Positions 37,838 to 45,876 of a DNA stretch of 64,000 bases are shown piece by piece. The notes below the pieces were generated by a model, which saw only the letters and a program-made list of their open reading frames with translations, was not told the DNA's origin and ran no database searches. The position numbers and the translations under genes were made by a program. The stretch comes from Bacteroidota bacterium (GTDB lineage: Bacteria > Bacteroidota > Ignavibacteria > UBA10030): NCBI GenBank assembly GCA_049523215.1, contig JBEKNC010000003.1, positions 263,394-327,393 on the forward strand. Direction: 5' to 3'. Each line of letters starts with the position of its first letter. The first letter of the stretch is position 1.

Positions 37838-38609
37838 CGATCTCTTTTCTGCTTATTGCGCCAGTGAGTTTTTTAAGTTTGTTGACCTCGCTTCGGGTTA
37901 AATATCTCGAACTTCCGCGCGAAAGCCCAAGCGGTGTGAGCCCTGCAAAAGAAACGCGGTCAAGCTGGCGTACATCGTGCCCGATGACCTCGAACATTCT
38001 CCGCACTTCACGATTTCGTCCCTCCAGAAGCGTGAGCAGCACTTTCTTTCGTTTGGAGCCCTCAATCATTTCTGCAGTGCTTGCCTTTGCCGGACCATCT
38101 TCAAGACGAACACCTTTGCGAAGCTTTTTCAAATCCTCATCGTTCACTTGACGATCGAGCGTTACACGGTACATTTTTTCAATTTCAAACTTCGGATGGA
38201 TCAATGCATTTGCCAGATCGCCGTCATTCGTGAAAAGTAATACACCTGTTGTATTCCTATCTAATCGGCCGACCGGAAAAATACGCTCCTTCACGCGAAC
38301 ATATTTCATGACGGTCGTACGTCCTTTTTCATCGCTCGTCGTTGTGATGGTATCTTTCGGTTTATTTAAAAGGATATATACAAGCTTCTCTTCGAGATTA
38401 ACCAACTCTCCGTTGATAGAAATCTTGTCTTTGCCGACATGTACTTGAACACCCAATTTGTGTACAACACGACCATTCATCTTTACTGCACCGGATAGAA
38501 TCAAATCATCATTCTTTCTTCGTGAACCAATACCCGCCATGGCGAGATAACGGTTCAGGCGAACAGTTTCTTTATGAAACCCTGGATTTTTTCTTTCCAT
38601 ACCTTCCAA
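37821..38609 (-). CDS. Pseudouridine synthase, RsuA/RluB family (S4 domain plus catalytic domain)
   Basis: S4 domain RLNRYLAMAGIGSRR and catalytic Asp motif PVGRLDRNTTGVLLFTNDG. Confidence 0.85.
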   Translation of the reverse strand: MEGMERKNPGFHKETVRLNRYLAMAGIGSRRKNDDLILSGAVKMNGRVVHKLGVQVHVGKDKISINGELVNLEEKLVYILLNKPKDTITTTSDEKGRTTVMKYVRVKERIFPVGRLDRNTTGVLLFTNDGDLANALIHPKFEIEKMYRVTLDRQVNDEDLKKLRKGVRLEDGPAKASTAEMIEGSKRKKVLLTLLEGRNREVRRMFEVIGHDVRQLDRVSFAGLTPLGLSRGSSRYLTRSEVNKLKKLTGAISRKEIDEISS

Positions 38610-39754
38610 CGTTTTGGTTGTTGACTATTTTCTTCTACTGCCGCGCTTGCCTCTGCGAGTCCAACCGCATGTTCGGTCTTGACTTTTATTATATCTGTTT
38701 CGATTGCCTGTTCCGGTATAACGTCTACCTCCACTTCACTCTGAGAGATTTCGGCAATCGGATCAACCACCAATTCGTTCGGCACTTGAATAGAATTTTC
38801 TTGCTCGTCAACTTCTTCCTGAATGTTTTCCTGAGACGAAATGAACGTCAATTCCACTTTGGGTTCTTCCTCTGTAATAAGCGGAGCATGTAATTGTTCT
38901 ACCGGCGGTACATCATCCGAATTGAATATGATCGTTTCCTGTCCTGCTTCTTCTAGGAGCTTGCGATCCACAACAGGCACAATTCTGATTTCACGTGTCT
39001 TTTTGCTCTGAATTATTTCAACATCTTTCTCTTCAAGGCCAGGTTTCTTCTTCGGAATATGCGGTAAGCGCGACTTGAAGTCTTCCTGTTCCTTCTTCAT
39101 AAGCTCTGCGCCTTCTTGAGCTTCCAACATTCTGCGTTCGGTCTCGAATTGGCTTTCACCAAGAATCTCTTCAATCTCTCTTGGACGCGGGAGATCGGTG
39201 ATATCGTTCAATCCAAAATGTTTTAGAAATTCCTTTGTTGTGCCATATAAAAGCGGACGTCCGACACTTTCCGCACGTCCCGTTACCGTAAGTAATTCTT
39301 TTTCCAATAAAGTCTTGAGCACATAATCGCAATTCACGCCGCGGATTTTCTCGATCTCCGCCTTCGTGACGGGCTGTTTGTAAGCTACAATCGCAAGTGT
39401 TTCCATACCGGATTGCGAAAGCTTTCGTCGTCCCTGTTCCTTATAGAGCTTCCCTAGCCACTCTGCATAATCAGATAATGTTGCGAACTGATATCCACCT
39501 GCAATTTGCACAATGCGATACGGTCGATCGTTTTTTTCATACTCTAAGTTCAGATCTGTTACACTTTGCCGAATGGTCTCCGGTTCAATTTGTTTTAATC
39601 CGTTATTTCGCGCATCATCACCTTGATAGATCGCACGAATCTGGTTGATCGAAAGCGGTTCCTGCGCTGCAAAGATGAGCGCTTCCACCAACGCCTTCAG
39701 CGTTGTCGGAATTTTCAGTTCTGCTTTTTCTATCGTTGTTTGTTCTTGCATCAA
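38555..39754 (-). CDS. scpB: Segregation and condensation protein B with extended acidic C-terminal tail
   Basis: N-terminal winged-helix pair LKALVEALIFAAQEPLSINQI. Confidence 0.8.
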   Translation of the reverse strand: MMQEQTTIEKAELKIPTTLKALVEALIFAAQEPLSINQIRAIYQGDDARNNGLKQIEPETIRQSVTDLNLEYEKNDRPYRIVQIAGGYQFATLSDYAEWLGKLYKEQGRRKLSQSGMETLAIVAYKQPVTKAEIEKIRGVNCDYVLKTLLEKELLTVTGRAESVGRPLLYGTTKEFLKHFGLNDITDLPRPREIEEILGESQFETERRMLEAQEGAELMKKEQEDFKSRLPHIPKKKPGLEEKDVEIIQSKKTREIRIVPVVDRKLLEEAGQETIIFNSDDVPPVEQLHAPLITEEEPKVELTFISSQENIQEEVDEQENSIQVPNELVVDPIAEISQSEVEVDVIPEQAIETDIIKVKTEHAVGLAEASAAVEENSQQPKRWKVWKEKIQGFIKKLFA

Positions 39755-40467
39755 TTTATATTTCTCATGATCGAAAGTTCACCGAACGGCTGCAACTGGC
39801 GGATGATAAGTTTTTTTGAGCGGATGACTTCGAGCAAAGCAATGAATGTTACGATAATGCGAACTCTTTCTGTAAAGTCTTTCACCATTTCATAGAATGT
39901 TGCCTCTGAACGCCGTGAGAAGAAATCTTCAATATAGGCAATCTGTTCCTCGACAGTGACATTGATCTTTTCAATTTCGTGAATAAACTTCTTCGGCATC
40001 CTATCCATTGCAAATTTAAATGATGCAATAAGGTCAAAGAATGTCACATCACGAATCAAATCTTCGCCTGTCTCTTCTTCTACCGCATGTTCGTCGGCAG
40101 AATGATATCCGCGGTAACATACTTTCATTTGTTCATCTTCACGCCTCTTCATCTCCACCGACATTTCTTTAAAGCGCTTGTATTCCACCAACCGTTGTAC
40201 CAAATAAGCGCGCGGGTCTGCTTCTTCTTCTTCGCCCGGTTCCGGTGGAAGAAGTAATCTGACCTTAATTTGCATCAGTTCAGCCGCCATAACTAAGAAT
40301 TCACCTGCAATTTCTAAATCGAGTTGTTGCATGTAATGGAGATATTCTAAAAATTCCTTCGTGATTCGAGCAATTGGAATGTCGTAGATATCCAATTCAT
40401 CCCGCTTGATGAAGAAAAGCAAAAGATCCAGCGGACCTTCAAAGTCAAGGAGTTTAATCGTATACAT
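39751..40467 (-). CDS. scpA: Segregation and condensation protein A
   Basis: ScpA signature FEGPLDLLLFFIKRDELDIYDIPIA. It overlaps scpB by 4 bp. Confidence 0.85.
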   Translation of the reverse strand: MYTIKLLDFEGPLDLLLFFIKRDELDIYDIPIARITKEFLEYLHYMQQLDLEIAGEFLVMAAELMQIKVRLLLPPEPGEEEEADPRAYLVQRLVEYKRFKEMSVEMKRREDEQMKVCYRGYHSADEHAVEEETGEDLIRDVTFFDLIASFKFAMDRMPKKFIHEIEKINVTVEEQIAYIEDFFSRRSEATFYEMVKDFTERVRIIVTFIALLEVIRSKKLIIRQLQPFGELSIMRNIN

Positions 40468-40469
40468 AG

Positions 40470-41453
40470 TTACCCGAGCTTCATTGCTTCATGAACTTCA
40501 GCCATTGTCTGTTTCGCGATTGCTTTGGCTCGCTGTTCACCGTCTGCAAGAATATTTTTTACTATATCTATATGCGATTCATAATAGGCGCGCTTTTCAC
40601 GGTTTGGTGCCAGTGTGTCGATAATTTTTTTTGCACAGTTCATCTTGCAATCCACGCATCCGAGTTTTCCGCTTTCACAATTGGCGCGAATCTCCGGCAC
40701 TTCTATCGGATTAAATTTATTATGGTACGCAAACACCAAGCACACATCCGGATGTCCCGGATCACCTTTTCGTATTTTCTGCGGATCCGTGACTGCGGTT
40801 TTCAATTTCTTTGTGATTGCTTCCGGTACATCCGATAGCAATATCGTATTGCCAATTGATTTGCTCATTCGTTTACCATCGAGCCCGGGTAGACGTGCAA
40901 ACTTTGTGATCTTCCCCTCTGGTTCCGGAAATACTGGTGCGTATTGGGCATTGAAACGCCTTGCAATCTCGCGTGTAATTTCGATATGCGGTAATTGGTC
41001 TTCACCTACAGGAACAAGATCGCCTTTGTAGAGCAAAATATCCGCAGCCTGCAACACCGGATACCCAAGATGTCCATAGACTACGCTGTCTATCTCGAGA
41101 TCGCGAATTTGTTCCTTCAGAGTCGGGTTCCGCTCAAGACGTGCCGTTGTGATGAGCATCGAGAAAATCAAATGTAATTCAGCATGTTCTTTGATCTGTG
41201 ATTGTCTGAACATCGGACTTTGCTCAGGTTCAAGTCCGGCGGCAAGCCAATCGATGAGCATATCGATGGAATTATCGTAAATTTCAGAAGTATCTGGATT
41301 TGTTGTCAGCGCATGATAATCTGCGATGAGATGATAATTTTGGTATTCACCCTGCAATGCAACCCAGTTTTCGAGAGCGCCTGTAAGATGACCAAGATGC
41401 AGTTTGCCTGTAGGGCGCATTCCGCTCAGGATAATTTTTTTCTTCTGACTCAA
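40470..41453 (-). CDS. trpS: Tryptophan--tRNA ligase
   Basis: Class I HIGH-like (TGKLHLGH) and KMSKS motifs. Confidence 0.9.
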   Translation of the reverse strand: MSQKKKIILSGMRPTGKLHLGHLTGALENWVALQGEYQNYHLIADYHALTTNPDTSEIYDNSIDMLIDWLAAGLEPEQSPMFRQSQIKEHAELHLIFSMLITTARLERNPTLKEQIRDLEIDSVVYGHLGYPVLQAADILLYKGDLVPVGEDQLPHIEITREIARRFNAQYAPVFPEPEGKITKFARLPGLDGKRMSKSIGNTILLSDVPEAITKKLKTAVTDPQKIRKGDPGHPDVCLVFAYHNKFNPIEVPEIRANCESGKLGCVDCKMNCAKKIIDTLAPNREKRAYYESHIDIVKNILADGEQRAKAIAKQTMAEVHEAMKLG

Positions 41454-41556
41454 AAGAACAAGAGACTCCTTTTGATGAAACAGTAAACAGTTTTCAGTTG
41501 TCAGTAATCAGAAAAATTAAATTGATAACTGACGACTGAGGACTGATAACTAACAA

Positions 41557-42045
41557 CTAATTCATAAACAAATACGGCTTCCAATGGTCATCCACAGTGC
41601 CGACGAAATGGCGGATAAACATCACGTGGTTGGGACGAATCGGTCTGCGGAGGAGAGTCATCTGTGATTCATGCAAAGTTCTGTCTCCTTTTTTGTTGTT
41701 ACAAGAGACACACGCTGCCACCAGATTTTCCCACGAATCTGGGCCGCCCTTCGCTCTTGGGATAATATGATCCACGGTGAGCATGGTGTCAGTTCTCCCG
41801 CAATATTGACAACTATGTCCATCGCGGCGCAAAATATTCTTGCGTGAGAGGACAATCTTTTTATAAGGGACGCGAACGAAAACACAGAGGCGAACTATGC
41901 TTGGATAGGGCATCGTCAAATAGACAGAATGCAATTTTTTTCCATCGCACGCCGCAATCAACTCAGCTTTGCCTAAATACAAGAGGATGACAGCTTTCTT
42001 GACATTACAGATGCTTAATGGCTCATAATTATGATTGAGCACCAA
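41557..42045 (-). CDS. HNH endonuclease family protein
   Basis: CxxC...H...N...CxxC pattern: CQYCGRTDTMLTVDHIIPRAKGG...WENLVAACVSCNNKK. Confidence 0.8.
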   Translation of the reverse strand: MVLNHNYEPLSICNVKKAVILLYLGKAELIAACDGKKLHSVYLTMPYPSIVRLCVFVRVPYKKIVLSRKNILRRDGHSCQYCGRTDTMLTVDHIIPRAKGGPDSWENLVAACVSCNNKKGDRTLHESQMTLLRRPIRPNHVMFIRHFVGTVDDHWKPYLFMN

Positions 42046-42265
42046 TACTTTTCGGCTTAGTTTTATGCTTGTACCGATGGTTTCTGCGAATATACTGAAG
42101 ACCTATGCACCTCCTTTTGACCAATTGAGCTGTTAGCTCATATCTTTCTTGAGGTATTTCGTTCTTTCCATTGAAAATATAGCATATTCCACAGCCAGAG
42201 TCAAGATTAGAATGGATTTGAGATTGTAGAGATATGAGGAATAAACTATCTCAGACCAAGGTTCG

Positions 42266-42365
42266 GGGTATTCTATCTGTTTTTCTGGATTCTCGATTAG
42301 CTGGAAAGCTGATAATGTATTACGCTTCGCGTGATTCAATTCTACGCCTCCGGCTGGGAATGATA
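42266..42365. repeat. Roughly 100-bp repeat, second copy at 57413-57508 (about 88 percent identity, same orientation)
   Basis: ggtattctatctgtttttctggattctcgattagctggaaagctgataatgtattacgcttcgcgtgattcaattctacgcctccggctgggaatga compared with the 57413 copy. Confidence 0.75.
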
Positions 42366-42455
42366 GTACTTTCTTTTTTATCCACTTGTCATATTCGGCA
42401 CACAACACCTTGTCATTCCCGCACCTAAAGTTAAAAGATGCCCGCAGTTACTTAG

Positions 42456-42932
42456 TTAGGCTATACGCTTGCCAAAAATTTTCAAACTTCTTTCCACACC
42501 GTCTAATGAAGCAATATTGGGAAGTGTTGCCCAGACTTCAAAGCCAAAACGTTTAAATAATTTTATACTTGGTTCATTATGGGCAAAAATATATCCCAGG
42601 ATTGTCTTCACACCAAATTTTGGAGCTTCATCTATTGCATGGCGCAGCACCTGCTTACCCAATCCTTTGCTTCTGTGCACAACGTCCAGATAAATACTTA
42701 GCTCGATAGTCGCATCATACGCCGGCCTGCCGTAGAACGATTGAAAACTGACCCAACCGATGATTTCACTATTTTTGTTTTCGACAACCCATAAAGGACG
42801 TTTATTGGGAGTGTGTTCATGAAACCATCGTATTCTGCTTTCTACTGAGATAGGTTCTGTGTCGGCAGTGCCAGCCCTGTCTGCGCTGATGGTATTTTTC
42901 TTTCTATACGAAACGCTCTCACCGACGGGCAT
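42456..42932 (-). CDS. GNAT N-acetyltransferase, phosphinothricin-acetyltransferase-like, with a replaced, non-canonical N-terminus
   Basis: PAT-family core (…WVVENKNSEIIGWVSFQSF...LGKQVLRHAIDEAPKFGVKTILGYIFAHNEPSIKLFKRFGFEVW). The first roughly 24 residues are unrelated to the canonical N-terminus, which is found in the fragment at 51184-51290. Confidence 0.8.
   Translation of the reverse strand: MPVGESVSYRKKNTISADRAGTADTEPISVESRIRWFHEHTPNKRPLWVVENKNSEIIGWVSFQSFYGRPAYDATIELSIYLDVVHRSKGLGKQVLRHAIDEAPKFGVKTILGYIFAHNEPSIKLFKRFGFEVWATLPNIASLDGVERSLKIFGKRIA
42699..42870. repeat. 172-bp direct repeat (copy A) internal to the GNAT gene; copy B at 51012-51183 (3 mismatches)
   Basis: Direct alignment of tagctcgatagtcgcatcatacgccggcctgccgtagaacg...gataggttctgtgtcggcagtg at both sites. 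Confidence 0.9.
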
Positions 42933-42993
42933 TTATGAAATGATTATCATGTTCACTGCCAACTGTGTGGATTTTATTTCGCGAATGGCTCTA

Positions 42994-45714
42994 TTATGAC
43001 TGGCTATTGTCGGAGCTTGTGCCGCGGTGGCCGGAGTTAGAATTCTCTTTCTTCGGTAAATCTGTCGGGAGATGTTGAGATAAAATCGTCCCGCGTTTAT
43101 CTTTGATTTTTGACAGATAGCCTCCATACAGCTTTTCTGCACATGTCGGACAAACACCATGGCTGAAGGTTGCTTCAGAATGCTCATTAATGTATTGTTC
43201 CAGTTGATTCCAGTACCCTTTATCATCGCGTATTTTTTTACAGTTCGCGCATATCGGAATGAGACCATTGAGTACTTTGATCTTCGACATTGCTTCTTCA
43301 ACATTTACTTTCAGTATTTTTTCCCGCACTATGAGGCGCCACACGCGAAGTCGATGTATACCAAGACCCGATAGGATAGCCACAATTACCATAAGGCCAC
43401 GAAACCAATTCGTCTGATAGAAATACGCAGCGATATTCAATTCCAATGCTGCGCCTTTCCAATTCCATACACCGTCGTTATTGCATGCAATGACCTTGAA
43501 TGTATATTTCCCATGAGGAATATGGGTGTAAGATGCCACGCGTCGTGTGCCAGCATCAATCCAATCTTTGTCATAACCAGCAAGCATATATTTGAAGCTT
43601 ATCAGCTGGGGTGCTGCATAACTCAGTGCGGTATAGTGAAACTCTAGTTCGCCTTGCCCCGGTCCTACTTGTATCAAACTATCAATAGCTACTTCCTCGT
43701 TGTTGACAAAAGCGTGCTCTATAAACACAGGCGGAATAAGTGTGCTCTGTCCGGCTGTTGCAGGGTCTATGATTACTACACCATTGAGTGTTGGGATCCA
43801 AAGTTTCCCATCATACGTGCGAATCCCCGCAGGCTGCGAACTTCCATTACATTTTGTGCTTATCATACCGTTATCTTTACCAAACACTGTACAATGGATT
43901 TTTTGGATCTTCCCCTCAGTAAAATCATTAAGCTCTTTCTTGTTGACACGGAAGACCCCCCGATTGCTCGTCATCCAGAGATTATTTTGCTCATCCGGAA
44001 GAATTTGGAATACACCGTTATTGTACAGACCGTCTTTCGTGGTATATGAGTTGAAGCGGCCATCTTTGAATCTACTTAGACCACCACCAAATGTGCCAAT
44101 CCAGAGAATATTGTTTTCGTCCTCGAAGAGAGAAAAAACTTCGTTGTATGCAAGCCCGTCTTTTGCGGAATACCGTGTCAGCTTCCCGTCTTTGAATCTG
44201 TGTAATCCGTTATCGGAACAGATCCATAAATTTCCATCGTGGGTCTCCAGAATAGTCCGGATACCATTACTCCCCAAACCATCCTTAGTTGTATACGTTG
44301 TGAACTTGCCATTCTTCAATGTATTGAAACCACCAAGTGTGCCGATCCAAAGAGTATGATCCCTGCTCAGGAAGAGGCTATATATAAAGTTATTTGCCAA
44401 TCCGTTTTTTGTTGTCCATGTGGTAAACTTGCCGTTTTTCAACCGGCATAAACCCTGATCAGAAGTTCCAATCCACAATGAACCGTCCACATCTTCGCAG
44501 AGTGCACGTATACTATTGGAAGGGAGACCATCCTTCATGGTGAACGTTTTCACCGATCCGTTCTTGAAACGAGATAAACCTCCGCCGATTGTTCCCACCC
44601 ATACAGAGCTATCGGATGTTTGGTAGATAGGTCGTACCTCGTTATTTCTCAACCCTTCTTTATCCGTGTAGACTGTGAACCTCCCGGGACGGAAACAATT
44701 CAGTCCGTTATTCAATGTACCGACCCAAAGATTTCCTTCAATATCTTCAAAGAATGCCTTCACAAATTTACCACTCAACACATCATCGGAGGTGTACGCA
44801 CAGATATGGTTATCCCGGATGCGGTTGAGACCTCCATTGGTTCCGATCCATAAGTTGCCGTCACGATCTTTGTAGATGCTTCGCACCCAATTGTTTGCCA
44901 AACCATCTTTGGTTGTGAATGTCGTCCATTTCCCATTCTTGAGTTGGCTGAGACCGGCGTTGGTGGCAACCCATAAAACATTGTCAATATTTTGGCACAC
45001 AGATGTGATAGTGTTGCTGGCAAGTCCGTTGGCGGTAGTATAGGTGGAAAAGACTCCATCCTTGAATCTACTCAACCCGGCAGTAGTCGAACCGATGTAG
45101 ATGCTTCCGTCGATCCCCCCGCTCACGCATGTTAAGTAATTACTGGAAAGGCCATCTTTTGTAGTGTAGTTTGTAAATTTCTCTTCCTTCCACACACTTA
45201 ATCCTTCGTACAGGGTCGTAATCCAGAGCCTTCCTTCAGCATCTTCAAAGAGATCTGTTACATAATTATTTGCAAGTCCATCTGCCCTTGTATAAGTGAT
45301 GAATTTTCCATTTCGTATTCGTGTGAGGCCATCCTGGGTTCCTATCCACAGGCTTCCGTCGGTAGATTGAATGAGTGCTTCAATGCCATTGTACCTGAGT
45401 CCTGCTGTTGTGCTTCTATCAAAAACAGTAAACTGTACTCCATCGAATCGGATAAGTCCTTCTTGTGTTCCGAGCCAAAGATAACCGTCACGTGTCTGTG
45501 TGATGCACTGTACCAAATCCTGCGGCAATCCATCTTCCTGTTTCCACACTAAATGGCTATACTGAATAGTGGTCTTTGTCGGGTCAAGCGCAAAGGAAGA
45601 TGGAGTCACAGCAAGCTGGACAAGCAGGAACCCGACAAGAATGTTCAATGCAATATTTTTCACCTCTCTAGTACTACAACTCTGAGAGTTTATCATACGA
45701 ATATTCGCATTCAT
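42994..45714 (-). CDS. Transmembrane sensor: signal peptide, double beta-propeller (two-component regulator propeller repeats), Y_Y_Y domain, TM helix, short cytoplasmic coiled coil and a C-terminal Cys4/His zinc-ribbon-like module; no kinase domain
   Basis: At least 14 Reg_prop-like repeats (G.LW.GT..GL..). Y_Y_Y region (GELEFHYTALSYAAPQLISFKYMLAGYDKDW...YTFKVIACNNDGVWN). TM helix WFRGLMVIVAILSGLGI. C-terminus LIPICANCKKIRDDKGYWNQLEQYINEHSEATFSHGVCPTCAEKLY. Confidence 0.8.
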   Translation of the reverse strand: MNANIRMINSQSCSTREVKNIALNILVGFLLVQLAVTPSSFALDPTKTTIQYSHLVWKQEDGLPQDLVQCITQTRDGYLWLGTQEGLIRFDGVQFTVFDRSTTAGLRYNGIEALIQSTDGSLWIGTQDGLTRIRNGKFITYTRADGLANNYVTDLFEDAEGRLWITTLYEGLSVWKEEKFTNYTTKDGLSSNYLTCVSGGIDGSIYIGSTTAGLSRFKDGVFSTYTTANGLASNTITSVCQNIDNVLWVATNAGLSQLKNGKWTTFTTKDGLANNWVRSIYKDRDGNLWIGTNGGLNRIRDNHICAYTSDDVLSGKFVKAFFEDIEGNLWVGTLNNGLNCFRPGRFTVYTDKEGLRNNEVRPIYQTSDSSVWVGTIGGGLSRFKNGSVKTFTMKDGLPSNSIRALCEDVDGSLWIGTSDQGLCRLKNGKFTTWTTKNGLANNFIYSLFLSRDHTLWIGTLGGFNTLKNGKFTTYTTKDGLGSNGIRTILETHDGNLWICSDNGLHRFKDGKLTRYSAKDGLAYNEVFSLFEDENNILWIGTFGGGLSRFKDGRFNSYTTKDGLYNNGVFQILPDEQNNLWMTSNRGVFRVNKKELNDFTEGKIQKIHCTVFGKDNGMISTKCNGSSQPAGIRTYDGKLWIPTLNGVVIIDPATAGQSTLIPPVFIEHAFVNNEEVAIDSLIQVGPGQGELEFHYTALSYAAPQLISFKYMLAGYDKDWIDAGTRRVASYTHIPHGKYTFKVIACNNDGVWNWKGAALELNIAAYFYQTNWFRGLMVIVAILSGLGIHRLRVWRLIVREKILKVNVEEAMSKIKVLNGLIPICANCKKIRDDKGYWNQLEQYINEHSEATFSHGVCPTCAEKLYGGYLSKIKDKRGTILSQHLPTDLPKKENSNSGHRGTSSDNSQS

Positions 45715-45876
45715 TTTACACCTCTCATATCGAGATCCGTTTTATAGAGCATAATATATATGTTGTCTTAACCTGAAAGTCAACGTTTTTTCTTGCTTTT
45801 ACCTTGACGCTGCGTACTATTTTCTTTGATCTTTCATGGACATATATTTTTATAAAAAAAGCTGACTAGAAATTAC

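Noticed and set aside
42133-42408. 91-aa ORF between HNH and GNAT genes
   Set aside because: It is covered by the roughly 100-bp repeat family also found at 57413-57508, where it is not coding. No RBS.
42933-43304. 123-aa ORF overlapping the 3' end of the 906-aa sensor gene
   Set aside because: Out-of-frame overlap with a strongly supported large gene. Basic low-complexity translation.
43700-44359. Long antisense ORFs inside the propeller-sensor genes (e.g. 43700-44359, 47965-48408)
   Set aside because: These are artefacts of the repetitive beta-propeller coding sequence. The sense frames give coherent Reg_prop repeats.
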